A DNA stretch of 64,000 bases from Antedon mediterranea (GCF_964355755.1 NC_092677.1:20172101-20236100), one strand, 5' to 3'. Counted from the first letter of the stretch, positions 37,701 through 51,579 are shown. The notes: a model not told the origin generated them from the letters alone. Numbers and translations are program-made.

Positions 37701-40700
37701 CTCTCTCGCTGATCTATCTATCTCTCTCGCTGATCTATCTCTCTCTCGCTGATCTATCTATCTCTCTCTCGCTGATCCATCTATCTCTCTCTCGCTGATC
37801 CATCTATCTCTCTCTCGCTGATCTATCTCTCTCTCGCTAATCTATCTATCTCTCTCTGTCGCTGATCTATCTATCTCTCTCTCGCTGATCTACCTCTCTC
37901 TCTCGCTGATCTATCTATATCTCTCGCTGATCTATCTATCTATCTCTCGCTGATCTATCTCTCTCTCTCTCTCGCTGATCTATCTATCTCTCTCTCTCTC
38001 GCTGATCTATCTCTCTCGCTGTTCCATCTAACTCTCTCTCACTGATCTATTTCTCTCTCTCTCGCTGATCTATCTCTCTCGCTGATCTATCTCTCTCTCG
38101 CTGATCTATCTCCCTCTCTCGCTGATTTATCTCTCTCTCGCTGATCTATCTCTCTCTCGCTGATCTATCTCTCTCTCGCTGATCTATCTCTCTCTCTCGC
38201 TGATCTATCTCTCTCTCGCTGATCTATATCTCTCTCTGGCTGATCTATCTCTCTCTCGCTGATCTATCTCTTTCTCTCGCTGATCTATCTCTCTCTCGCT
38301 GATCTATCTCTCTCTCGCTGATCTATCTCTCTCTCTCTCGCTGATCTATCTCTCTCGCTGATCTATCTATCTCTCTCGCTGAAATATCTCTCTCTCGCTG
38401 ATCTATCTATCTCTCTCTCGCTGATCTATCTATCTCTCTCTCGCTGATCTATCTATCTCTCTCTCGCTGATCTATCTCTCTCTCGCTGATCTATCTATCT
38501 CTCTCGCTGATCTATCTATCTCTCTCTCTCGCTGATCTATCTATCTCTCTCTCGCTGATCTATCTATCTCCCTCTCGCTGATCTATCTCTCTCTCGCTGA
38601 TCTACCTCTCTCGCTGATCTATCTATCTCTATCGCTGATCTATCTCTCTCTCGCTAATCTATCTATCTCTCTCTCGCTGATCTATCTCTCTCTCTCTCTC
38701 GCTGATCTATCTCTCTCTCGCTGATCGTTCTCTCTCTCGCTGATCTATCTCTCTCTCTCTCTCGCTGATCTATCTCTCTCTCTCGCTGATCTATCTCTCT
38801 CTCGCTGATCTATCTATCTCTCTCGCTGATCTATCTCTCTCTCGCTGAACTATCTATCTCTCTCTCGCTGATCTATCTATCTCTCTCTCGCTGATCTATC
38901 TATCTCTCTCTCTCTCTCTCTCTCGATGATTTATCTATTTCACTCTTGCTGATCTATCTCTCTCGCTGATCTATCTATCTCTCTCTCACTGATCTATCTC
39001 TCTCTCGCTGATCTATCTATTTCTCTCTCGATGATTTATCTATTTCACTCTCGCTGATCTATCTCTCTCGCTGATCTATCTATCTCTCTCTCACTGATCT
39101 ATCTCTCTCTCGCTGATCTATCTATTTCTCTCTCGCTGATCTATCTTTCTCTCACTGATCTATCTATCTCTCTCTCTCGCTGATCTATCTCTCTCTCGCT
39201 GATCTATCTATCTCCCTCTCGCTGATCTATCTCTCTCTCGCTGATCTATCTATCTCTCTCGCTGATCTAAATCTCTCTCTCGCTGATCTATCTATCTCTC
39301 TCTCGCTGATCTATATATCTCTCTCTCGCTGATCTATCTCTCTCTCGCTGATCTATCTATCTCTCTCGCTGATCTATCTCTCTCTCGCTGATCTATCTAT
39401 CTCTCTCTCGCTGATCCATCTATCTCTCTCTCGCTGATCCATCTATCTCTCTCTCGCTGATCTATCTCTCTCTCGCTAATCTATCTATCTCTCTCTGTCG
39501 CTGATCTATCTATCTCTCTCTCGCTGATCTACCTCTCTCTCTCGCTGATCTATCTATATCTCTCGCTGATCTATCTATCTATCTCTCGCTGATCTATCTC
39601 TCTCTCTCTCGCTGATCTATCTATCTCTCTCTCTCTCGCTGATCTATCTCTCTCGCTGTTCCATCTAACTCTCTCTCACTGATCTATTTCTCTCTCTCTC
39701 GCTGATCTATCTCTCTCGCTGATCTATCTCTCTCTCGCTGATCTATCTCCCTCTCTCGCTGATTTATCTCTCTCTCGCTGATCTATCTCTCTCTCGCTGA
39801 TCTATCTCTCTCTCGCTGATCTATCTCTCTCTCTCGCTGATCTATCTCTCTCTCGCTGATCTATATCTCTCTCTGGCTGATCTATCTCTCTCTCGCTGAT
39901 CTATCTCTTTCTCTCGCTGATCTATCTCTCTCTCGCTGATCTATCTCTCTCTCGCTGATCTATCTCTCTCTCTCTCGCTGATCTATCTCTCTCGCTGATC
40001 TATCTATCTCTCTCGCTGAAATATCTCTCTCTCGCTGATCTATCTATCTCTCTCTCGCTGATCTATCTATCTCTCTCTCGCTGATCTATCTATCTCTCTC
40101 TCGCTGATCTATCTCTCTCTCGCTGATCTATCTATCTCTCTCTCGCTGATTTATCTATTTCACTCTCGCTGATCTATCTCTCTCGCTGATCTATATATCT
40201 CTCTCTCACTGATCTATCTCTCTCTCGCTGATCTATCTATCTCTCTCTCGCTGATCTATCTCTCTCTCACTGATCTATCTATCTCTCTCTCGCTGATCTA
40301 TCTATCTCCCTCTCGCTGATCTATCTCTCTCTCGCTGATCTATCTATCTCTCTCGCTGATCTATCTCTCTCTCGCTGATCTATCTATCTCTCTCTCGCTG
40401 ATCTATCTATCTCTCTCTCTCTCGCTGATCTATCTATCTCTCTCGCTGATCTGTCTCTCTCTCGCTGATCTATATATCTCTCTCTCGCTGATCCATCTAT
40501 CTCTCTCTCGCTGATCTATCTCTCTCTCGCTGATCTATCTATCCCTCTCTCGCTGATCTACCCCTCTCTCTCGCTGATCTATCTATCTCTCTCGCTGATC
40601 TATCTATATCTCTCGCTGATCTATCTATCTATCTCTCGCTGATCTATGTCTCTATCTCTCGCTGATCTATCTATCTCTCTCTCGCTGATCTATCTCTCTC

Positions 40701-43176
40701 TCGCTGTTCTATCTAACTCTCTCTCGCTGATCTATCTAACTCTCTCTCGCTGATCTATCTCTTTCTCGCTGATCTATCTCTCTCTCGCTGATCTATCTCT
40801 CTCTCTCGCTGATCTATCTCTCTCTCGCTGATCTATCTCTCTCTCGCTGATCTATCTCTCTCTCGCTGATCTATCTCTCTCTTGCTGATCTATCTCTCTC
40901 TCGCTGATCTATCTCTCTCTCTCTCTCGCTGATCTATCTCTCTCTTGCTGATCTATCTCTCTCTCGCTAATCTATCTCTCTCTCTCGCTGATCTATCTCT
41001 CTCTCTCTCTCGCTGATCTATCTCTCTCTCGCTGATCTATCTCTCTCGCTGTTCTATCTCTCTCTCGCTGATCTATCTATCTCTCTCTCGCTGATCTATC
41101 TCTCTCTCGCTGATCTATAAATCTCTCTCTTGCTGATCTATCTCTCTCTCGCTGATCTATCTATCTCTCTCTCGCTGATCTATCTCTCTCTCGCTTATCT
41201 ATCTCTCTCTCTCTGATCTATCTCTCTCTCGCTGATCTATCTCTCTCTCGCTGATCTCTCTCTCTCTCGCTGATCTATCTCTCTCTCTCACTGATCTATC
41301 TCTCTCTCTCGCTGATCTATCTCTCTCTCTCGCTGATCTATCTCTCTCTCTCTCTCTCTCTGATCTATCTCTCTCTCTCGCTGATCTATCTCTCTCTCGC
41401 TGATCTATCTCTCTCTCGCTGATCTATCTCTCTCTCTCTAGCTGATCTATTTCTCTCTCTCGCTTATCTATCTCTCTCTCGCTGATCTATCTCTCTCTCT
41501 CTCTCTCTCTCGCAGATCTATCTCTCTCTCTCTCTCTCTCGCTGATCTCTCTCTCTCTCTCTCTCGCTGATCTATATCTCTCTCTCTCTAGCTGATCTAT
41601 CTCTCTCTCGCTGATCTATTTCTCTCTCTCTCGCTGATCTACCTCTCTCTCGCTGATCTATCTCTCTCTCGCTGATCTATCTATCTCTCTCTCGCTGATC
41701 TCTCTATCTCTCTCTCTCGCTGATCTATCTCTCTCTCGCTAATTTATCTATCTCTCTCTCGCTGATCTATCTATCTCACTCTCGCTGATCTATCTCTCTC
41801 TCTCTCGCTGATCTATCTATCTCTCTCACTGATCTATCTCTCTCTCGCTGATCTATCTATCTTTCTCTCGCTGATCTATCTATCTCTCTCTCGCTGATCT
41901 ATCTATCTCTCTCGCCGATCTATCTCTCTCTCGCTGATCTATCTATCTCTCTCTCGCTGATCCATCTATCTCTCTCTCGCTGATCTACCTCTCTCTCTCT
42001 CGCTGATCTATCTATCTCTCTCTCGCTGATCTACCTCTCTCTCTCTCTCGCTGATCTATCTATCTCTCTCGCTGATCTATCTATCTCTCTCGCTGATCTA
42101 TCTATCTATCTCTCGCTGATCTATCTCTCTCTCGCTGATCTATCTTTCTCTCTCTCGCTGATCTATCTCTCTCTCGCTGATCTATCTAACTCTCTCTCGC
42201 TGATCTATTTCTCTCTCACTGATCTATCTTATTCTCGCTGATCTCTCTCTCTCTCTCGCTGATCTGTCTCTCTCTCTCTCGCTGATCTATCTCTCTCTCG
42301 CTGATCTATTTCTCTCTCGCTGATCTATCTCTCTCTTGGTGATCTATCTCTCTCTCTCTCGCTGATCTATCTCTCTCTCACTGATCTATCTCTCTTTCGC
42401 TAATCTATCTCTCTCTCTCTCGCTGATCTATCTCTCTCTCTCGCTGATCTATCTCTCTCTCGCTGATCTATCTCTCTCTCGCTGTTCTATCTCTCTCTCG
42501 CTGATCTATCTATCTCTCTCTCGCTGATCTATCTCTCTCTCGCTGATCTATCTATCTCTCTCGCTGATCTATCTCTCTCTCGCTGATCTATCTATCTCTC
42601 TCTCGCTGATCTATCTCTCTCGCTGATCTATCTATCTCTCTCTCGCTGATCTATCTATCTCTCTCTCTCTCGCTGATCTATCTCTCTCTCGCTGATCTAT
42701 CTATCTCTCTCTCGCTGATCTATCTATCTCTCTCTCGCTGATCTCTCTATCTCTCTCTCGCTGATCTATCTCTCTCTATCGCTAATCTATCTCTATCTCG
42801 CTTATCTATCTCTCTCGCTGATCTATCTCTCTCTCGCTGATCTATCTCTCTCTCGCTGATCTCTCTCTCTCTCTCGCTGATCTATCTCTCTCTCTCACTG
42901 ATCTATCTCTCTCTCTCGCTGATCTATCTCTCTCTCGCTGATCTATCTCTCTCTCTCTCTCGCTGATCTATCTCTCTCGCTGATCTATCTCTCTCTCTCG
43001 GTGATCTATCTCTCTCTAGCTGATCTATCTCTCTCTCGCTGATCTATCTCTCTATCTTTCTCGCTGATCTATCTCTCTCTCGCTGATCTATCTCTCTCTC
43101 TTGCTGATCTATCTCTCTCTCTCTCTCTTTCGCTGATCTATCTCTCTCTCACTAATCTATCTCTCTCTCTCTCGCT

Positions 43177-43219
<43 letters not shown>

Positions 43220-44207
43220 TCTATCTCTCTCTCTCTCGCTGATCTATTTCTCTCTCGCTGATCTATTTCTCTCTCTCTCGCTGATCTATCTCTCTCTCGC
43301 TGATCTATCTCACTCTCGCTGATCTATCTATCTCTCTCTCGCTGATCTATCTCTCTCTCTCGCTGATCTATATATCTCTCTCACTGATCTCTCTATCTCT
43401 CTCTCTCTCGCTGATCTATCTCTCTTTCGCTAATCTATATATCTCTCTCTCACTGATCTATGTCTCTCTCTCGCTGATCTATCTATCTCTCTCTCGCTGA
43501 TCTATCTCTCTCTCGCTGATCTATCTATCTCTCTCGCTGATCTATCTCTCTCTCGCTGATCTATCTCTCTCGCTGATCTATCTATCTCTCTCTCGCTGAT
43601 CTATCTCTCTCTGGCTGATCTATCACTCTCTCGCTGATCTATCTATCTCTCTCTCGCTGATCTATCTATCTCTTTTTCGCTGATCTATCTCTCTCTCGCT
43701 GATCTATCTATCTCTCTCTCGCTGATATATCTCTCTCTCGCTGATCTATCTCTCTCTCGCTGATCTATCTCTCTCTCGCTGATGTATCTCTCTCTCGCTG
43801 ATCTATCTCTCTCTCGCTGATCTATCTCTCTCTCGCTGATCTATCTATATCTCTCTCGCTGATCTATATCTCTCTCGCTGATCTATCTATCTCTCTCTCG
43901 CTGATCTATCTCTCACTCGTTGATCTATCTCTCTCTCGCTCATCTATCTCTCTCTCGCTGATCTATCTCTCTCTCGCTGATCTATCTCTCTCTCGCTGAT
44001 CTATCTCTCTCTCGCTGATCTATCTCTCTCTTGCTGATCTACCTCTCTCTCGCTGATCTATCCCTCTCTCGCTGATCTATCTCTCTCTCGTTGATCTATC
44101 TCTCTCTCGCTGATCTATCTCTCTCTCGCTGATCTATCTCTGTCTCTCTCTCTCTCTCTCGCTGATCTATCTGTCTCTCGCTGATCTATTTCTCTCTCGC
44201 TGATCTA
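17619..44207. repeat. Compound CT minisatellite block 3 (~26.6 kb) with kb-scale internal duplications
   Basis: Uninterrupted array. Rare variants recur at offsets of 1342, 1808 and 1637 bp. Confidence 0.97.
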
Positions 44208-44614
44208 TAACTAGTTATGTCAAAAAATAAAAGGGTCGAAATTTGGCCATTTTCCGACAATTTCACTACGGGGGACCACAGGAATTTTTTCGAAAAATAA
44301 CCAAAATTTCCACTTTTTAAAATTCGAAAATTATGCTATAATATTGCCATTTATACAGATATATTTTGCTAACATGATCTTATAGAGCCATAGTAAGTAG
44401 TTATGTCAAAAAATAAAAGGGTCAAAATTTGGCCATTTTTCGAAAATTTTCCTGTTTGGGACCATAGGACTTTTTTCGAAAAATTGACAAAATTTCCAAT
44501 TTCTAAAATTCGAAAATTATGCTATAATATTGCCATTTATCCAAATATATTGTGATAACATCATCTTATAGAGACATAGCAACTAGTTATGTCAAAAAAA
44601 TAAAAGGGTCAAAA
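44208..44614 (+). repeat. Satellite B, ~186-bp monomer (left of LINE insertion)
   Basis: AGTTATGTCAAAAAATAAAAGGGTC at 44213, 44399 and 44585 (period 186). Confidence 0.95.
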
Positions 44615-47600
44615 CAAAATAATTGATAAATCGTTGCATTCTCTTAATCCTGTAGACAAATGGGAACTAATTAAAGTTAAAATTAAAGAGTACTCAATCA
44701 AATACGGAAAAACAAAAACATATTATAAAAATAGAAAAAAAGAAAATTTACAAAAAGAAATCAATCAACTAAATGTTCAGTTAATAGATACAAACGGAGA
44801 AGAAACAATAGAACTAGAAATTAAAAAGAAAACTAAAGAGTTGGAAGATATTATGAATTTGAAGCCAAAGGCGCCCAAATTCGTTCAAGAACAAAATGGA
44901 CAGAAAAGGGCGAAACAAACAGTAAATACTTTCTATGTCTGGAAAAAAATAATGGTAAAAAAAAACAAATTTAGAAAATAAAAAGACCCAATGGATCTTA
45001 TGCCGAAAAAACAAATGACATACTTTCGGAAGAGGTGAAACACTTCGAAAATCTATACCAAAATCAAAATATTACAAAAGATAAAGTTCTGACGTATCTA
45101 AAAGAAACAGATTTAACAAAATTAACAGATGATGAAAAACAATCCTGTGAGGGTGAACTGACACTGTTAGAGTGTAAAGATGCAATTTTGTCAATGAAGC
45201 GTAATAAAGCACCCGGTACTGACGGCCTTACCGTTGAATTTTATCATTTTTTCTGGCCTAAAATAGGTTCATTAATCTGTAATGCTCTTAATACATGCTA
45301 TAAAGATGGGAAACTATCAATATCACAAAGAAGAGGGGTAATTAACTTAATTTATAAGAAGGGAGACCATGATGATCTCAATAACTGGAGACCTGTAACT
45401 CTCCTGAATGTAGACTATAAAATTGCTGCATTGTTTTTAACAAAACGAATACAAAAGGTTATATCAAAACTGGTTAGTAATGACCAAAAAGGTTACATTA
45501 AAGGTCGCTTTGGTGGCGACAATGTAAGATTAATAAATGATGTAATTCAGTATATGGATAACGGCAGGTTAACAGGAGCTCTTGTTAGCGTAGATTTTAG
45601 TAAAGCCTTTGACACTGTAAATAGACATTTTCTTGTAAGTACCTTGCGTTCTTTCAATTTTGGTTCTTCTTTCATTTCATGGGTGAACGTACTGTATTCA
45701 GATACAGAATGTGTAATAATGAATAACGGTTGGTGTTCAAAAAGCTTCAAAATGCATAGAGGGATCAGACAAGGCTGTCCCCTTTCTGCCTTACTATTCA
45801 TTTTAGTAGCAGAAATAATGGCTATAAGAATTAAAAGTGATCAAAATATCGAAGGGATTGCCCTTCCAGGCAAGGATGACTATACAACTGAAGTCAAAAT
45901 TGCACAATTAGCAGATGACACAGTTTTATTTCTAAAAAATGAAAACAGTATAAAGAATAGCATTGATAAAATCGTTGAATTTGGTCTAGTATCAGGTTTA
46001 AAGCTAAACAAAGAAAAAACCAATGCCATGTGGTTATGGCGTTGGAAAAACAGAAAGAAGAACGAAAATTTGTTCAACATCAATTGGGTGTACAGTAGTT
46101 TTAAGATTCTAGGTATACATGTTGGCCATGACAAAGAAATATGTTTTACTAAAAACTGGTCTGAAAAAATTCAATCTTTTAAAAAAATACTTGATACATG
46201 GCACAAAAGAAACCTCTCGATTTTTGGCAAAGTTATGATTTTAAAAACACTGGGTTTAGCAAAGTTAATCTACAACGCAAGTATTATAGATACCCCTGAA
46301 TGCGTTTTAAATGAAGTCGATAAAATTGTATTCGATTTTATTTGGAATAATAAAACAGAAAAGATAAAAAGATTAACATTAATCAATGATTATAATAGTG
46401 GTGGAATAAATGCTCCAGACTTCAGATCTCAAGTCAAGGCACTACAAATGTCATGGCTTAAAAGATTGTACAATGATGACACTTCAAAATGGAAGTGTTT
46501 ACCTAAAATGTATTTTAACAAAATAGGTCCAAGAGAGGTTATTGAAAATATATCAAATGTAAAATATAAAGAAACAGATTACAGCAGTATGCCTTTATTA
46601 TATAAATCAATGTTAAAGTATTTAGCTGAATTCAATCAATATTCTGTCAAAATGTCACTTTCCTATGAACAAATTATAGAACAACCTATATGGGGCAACA
46701 ACTTTATAACACACAATGGTTTCTCACTCCTTTATAGGAATTGGATTAGATCTGGTATAACAAAGATGAAACATATTATAATTGATGACAGATTTATTAA
46801 TACAAATGAATTACTATTTTTGTTAAATATCAAATCGAATTGGATTGCTGAATTGTCATGTCTACTAAAAGCAATACCACGAGAATGGAAAGATATAATT
46901 TATTCAAAAATTGATAATGTAAAAGTTAACGAAGTTATATCAATACAGTATAGTAAATTGAGTTGTAAAAACATTCGTCTCTTTTTTATCAAAGAAAAAT
47001 GTAAAGAACCAACCAAGAGTAAAACAAAGTGGGAAACACATTTTAATATAGCGAACGATTGGACACTGACGTGGAAAAGAAAAGTAAATGATATTAAAGA
47101 TAACAAACTTAAACAGCTAAATTTCAAACTGTTGCATTGTATTATTCCTACCAATAGAAGGCTCTTTAAATGGAATATTAATAATACAGACACTTGCCTG
47201 CAATGTAATGTAATAGAAGATGATAAACACTTCTTTTACCAATGTACTGAAGCAAATGACTTATGGAAATACATTAATGTTTATACCACATATAAGTTTG
47301 GAATTGAGGCAAACTTTCAAAATATTGTACTCGGTACCGGAAACAGATATGTTGACCACATGTTCTCTCTTGGATGCTTCTGTATCTATAAAGCACACAT
47401 TTTGAAAAAAGTAAAGAAATGGAATTATGGTTCACTTTCTCGCCTCTTTTTGGCAGAAAAAAATAATAGGTTATACCTTAACCGACTATTATAATACGGT
47501 ATATTCTACAGCGATTCTATAACGCTGTGCAATGCCAATAGGTGGTTAAATCTTTATATAGAATTATTAAAAAAAAAAATGAAAATAAATGAAATAAATA

Positions 47601-48180
47601 TTAAAAACAAAACGAAACGTAACATATAAGTAAGCAACAAATATAACCATGAGACATAAAACTAAAACACAAGAGTAAGGAAAGAATTTTTTTTTAAGCT
47701 TACTATAATTATTTGAATTTTATATTTTTATTTATGTTCTTATTGTAAAAAAAAAGAAAAAAAAAGAATTAAGAATAATAATTGTATTGCATTTTATATA
47801 TTGTAAATATTTATTTATTTATATACCTTTGTCGTGGGTATGTATGTATGCATGTGTGCAATCATGTACTCGAATATATGCACTTGTGTGTTTTGTACAG
47901 AGACATAGACCTATTGTAGAAAGGAATAGTTAAAATAAAAGAAAATAATGAAAAAAAGTGGATAATACATATAAAAGTATAAAGTATATATATATATATA
48001 TTTGACCGAATTGTTTCGATCAAATCGTACTAAAGATAAAAGAAAGTACAAGAAAATAACAGAACAGAATAACAAGGGAATATATATTTGGATGAAGTGT
48101 AAAATCATTGTATTGATCATTTGAGAATGAAATGAATAATAGTGGTTAACGCCACAAAAGAGAAAAAAAAAAAAAAAAAA
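44615..48180 (+). mobile_element. 5'-truncated non-LTR retrotransposon of the Tx1/L1 clade with ~670-bp 3' UTR, poly(A) and TSD
   Basis: ORF2 remnant, A18 tail at 48163-48180, TSD aaaagggtc(a/g)aaa at 44602-44614 and 48177-48189. An uninterrupted copy of the target is visible at ~49420-49450. No ORF1 or endonuclease domain is present. Confidence 0.95.
44634..47494 (+). pseudogene. LINE ORF2 remnant (linker, RT, C-terminal CCHC); 819-codon open stretch at 45035-47494
   Basis: GAQIRSRTKWTEKGETNSKYFLCLEK after a frameshift at ~44850; TAG at 44972-44974; KAPGTDG, NWRPVTLLNVDYKI, VDFSKAFD, GIRQGCPLS, QLADD, SGLKLN; CLQC-x7-H-x4-C knuckle. Confidence 0.93.
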
Positions 48181-50858
48181 GGGTCGAAAAATGGCACCAT
48201 TTTCCACTTTTTAAAATAAAATAGAAATGCTATAATATTTCCATTTATACAGATATATTTTGCTAACATCATCTTATAGAGTCATAGTAACGAATTATAT
48301 CAAAAATTAAAAGGGTTGAAATTTTACAATTTTTCGAAAATTTTCCTGCGGGGGACCATAAGAATTTTTTCGAAAATGAACTAAATTTCCAATTTCTAAA
48401 ATTCGAAAATTATGCTATAATATTGCCATTTATGCAAATATATTGTGCTAACATCATCTTATAGAGCCAGCGTAAAAAAAAATAAAAGGGTCGAAATTTT
48501 GCAATTTTTCGAAAATTTTCCTGCGGGGATCATAGGAAGTTTTTTGAAAAACAAACAAAAAATAAACAAAATTTCCACCTTTTAAAATTAAATAATTAGG
48601 CTATAATATTGCCATTTATACAGATATATTTTGCTAACATCATTTTATAGAGCCATAGTAACTAGTTATGTCATCAAATAAAAGGGTCGAAATTTGGCCA
48701 TTTTCCGAAAATTTACCTGCGGGGGACCATAGGAATTTTTTTTTCGAAAACTGGACAAAATTTCCACTTTTTAAAATTCGAAAATAATGCTATAATATTG
48801 CCATTTATGCAAATATATTGTGCAAACATCATCTTATAGAGCCATAGTAACTAGTTATGTCAAAAAATAAAAGCGTCGCAATTTTGACATTTTTTGGAAA
48901 ATAATCCTGCGGGGGACCACAGGAATTTTTTCGAAAAATAACCAAAATTTCCACCTTTAAACTTCAACAATTAGGCTATATTATTGCCATTTATGCACAT
49001 ATATTGTGTTAACATCATCTTATAGAGCCATAGTAAGTAGTTATGTCAAAAAATAAAAGGGTCGAAATTTGGCCATTTATCGAAAATTTTCCTGTGGGGG
49101 ACCATAGGATTTTTTTCGAAAAATTGACAACATTTCCACTTTTTAAAATTCGAAAATTATGCTATAATATTGTAATTTATACAAATATATTGTGCTAACA
49201 TCATCTTATAGAGCCATAGTAACGAATTATGTCAAAAAATAAAAGGGTTGAAAGTTGGCCATTTTTCGATAATTTTCCTGCGGGGGACCATAGTATTTTT
49301 TTCGAAAAATTGACAAAATTTCCAATTTCTAAAATTCGAAAATTATGCTATAATATTGCCATTTATCCAAATATATTGTGATAACATCATCTTATAGAGA
49401 CATAGCAACTAGTTATGTCAAAAAAATAAAAGGGTCGAAAAATGGCACCATTTTCCACTTTTTAAAATAAAATAAATATGCTATAATATTTCCATTTATA
49501 CAGATATATTTTGCTAACATCATCTTATATAGTCATAGTAACGAATTATATCAAAAATTAAAAGGGTTGAAATTTTACAATTTTTCGAAAATTTTCCTGC
49601 GGGGGACCATAAGAATTTTTTCTAAAATGAACTAAATTTCCAATTTCTAAAATTCGAAAATTATGCTATAATATTGCCATTTATGCAAATATATTGTGCT
49701 AACATCATCTTATAGAGCCAGCGTAAAAAAAATAAAAGGGTCGAATTTTTGCAATTTTTCGAAAATTTTCCTGCGGGGATCATAGGAAGTTTTTTGAAAA
49801 ACAAACAAAAAATAAACAAAATTTCCACCTTTTAAAATTAAATAATTAGGCTATAATATTGCCATTTATACAGATATATTTTGCTAACATCATCTTATAG
49901 AGCCATAGTAACTAGTTATGTCAAAAAATAAAAGCGTCGCAATTTTGACATTTTTTGGAAAATAATCCTGCGGGGGACCACAGGAATTTTTTCGAAAAAT
50001 AACCAAAATGTCCACCTTTAAACTTCAATAATTAGGCTATGTTATTGCCATTTATGCACATATATTGTGTTAACATCATCTTATAGAGTCATAGTAACTA
50101 ATTATCATGTTAAAAAATGAAAGGATCGACATTTGGCCATTTTTCAAAAATTTTCCTGCGAGGACCACAGGAATTTTTTAAAAAAAATAACCAAAATTTC
50201 CACCTTTTAAAATTCAATAATTAGGCTATAATATTGCCATTTATGCACATATATTGTGTTAACATCATCTTATAGAGACATAGTAACGAGTTATGTCAAA
50301 AAAATAAAAGGGTCGAAATTTGGCCATTTTTGCGAAAATTTTCCTGCGGGGGACCATAGAAATTTTTATGAAAAATGGCGAAAATTTCCACTTTTTAAAA
50401 TTCAATAATTATGCTATTATATTGGCATATATGCAAATATATTGTATTAGCATCATCTTATAGAGCCATCGTAACTAGTTATGTCAAAATATAAAATGGT
50501 CAACATTTAACAATTTATCGAAAATTTCGCTGCGGGAGACCATAGGAATTTTTTCGAAAAATAGCCAAAATTTCCAATTTCTTAAATTCAATAATTATGC
50601 TATAATATTGCCATTTATTAACATATATTGTGCTAACATCATCTTATAGAGATATCGCAACTAGTTATGTTAAAAAAATAAAAGGGTCGAAAAGTGGAAG
50701 CATTTTCCACTTTTTAAAATTAAATAATTATGCTATAATATTGCCATTTATACAGATATATTTTGCTAACATCATCTTATAGAACCTTAGTAACAAATTA
50801 TGTCCAAAAATAAAAGGGTTGAAATTTGGCCATTTTTCGAAAAATGTCCCTGCGGTGG
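48177..50858 (+). repeat. Satellite B array with ~1251-bp higher-order repeat including short (~125 bp) monomers
   Basis: gggtcgaaaaatggcacca at 48181 and 49432, with collinear downstream variants. Confidence 0.95.
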
Positions 50859-51579
50859 GCGATTTTTTTTTCGTACATAAGTTGGGGACCCCTCATGAAA
50901 CGTCACAAAATAAACATGAATAATTCATCAGTTAAATTTGTTGTTCCGTGTGTACCCAAGCGTATAGCAACAAGTGATTACAACTGCGATACGATTCTTT
51001 CTAGTCCTAGGATTCTAGGTCAATTCATGTGATTGCCTTCGCGCACTCTTCTTCACACCATAGACAATAGCTATTGACTATGTTCACACACACACACACC
51101 AACCTATGCAAAATGTGTCGAGGCTAATCGACAGCTATGCAAGACATTCAACTAAGTAGTAATTAGACATAGCCCATAGACCCACAAGAAGAATGTGTAT
51201 AATTTGTGTACTGTAATTTTTTAATTCTGCTATTTTATTATCAAACAATATGCATGTACTCAAATGAACTTTAAAAATGCGCGTTAAATTATGAACACAT
51301 GAGATGGAAAGATTAGAACCACAAGAATAAAAAATGTATTTTTGTGTAATGTAATTGTTTAATTGTGCTGACTTATTACTCGAACTGTGTCATACCAACA
51401 GTAACACACACGTCACACCACACAGACTAGGCCTACTACTAGAATAGACATGGGCTTTAGAGACTAATAATTAGGCCTGGGTGCACACGGAACAAGAAAA
51501 TTTAACTGTTGAATTATTCATGTTTATTTTGTGACGTTTCATTAAGTGGTCCCCAACTTATGTACGAAAAAAAAATCGC
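50859..51579. mobile_element. Non-autonomous DNA transposon (MITE) with ~105-bp TIRs; probable 9-bp TSD (Mutator-like)
   Basis: gcgattttttttcgtacataagttggggacc... (to ~50964) is the reverse complement of ~51472-51579. Flanks are ctgcggtgg / ctgcggggg. No coding capacity. Confidence 0.88.

Noticed and set aside
17619-44207. CT array as telomerase-made irregular telomeric repeat or as an information-coding array
   Set aside because: It is interstitial, and variant order is copied in kb-scale blocks, which recombination and slippage explain without de novo templated synthesis.
45547-48207. Short antisense or alternate-frame ORFs over the LINE (also 3476-3769, 6172-6385, 7301-7546, 8545-8748, 50826-51032)
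   Set aside because: Shadows of real coding frames or low-complexity AT-rich sequence.
48330-48360. CENP-B box in satellite B (TTCG...CGGG)
   Set aside because: Spacing is 12 nt rather than the 7 nt of the TTCG-N4-A-N2-CGGG consensus.
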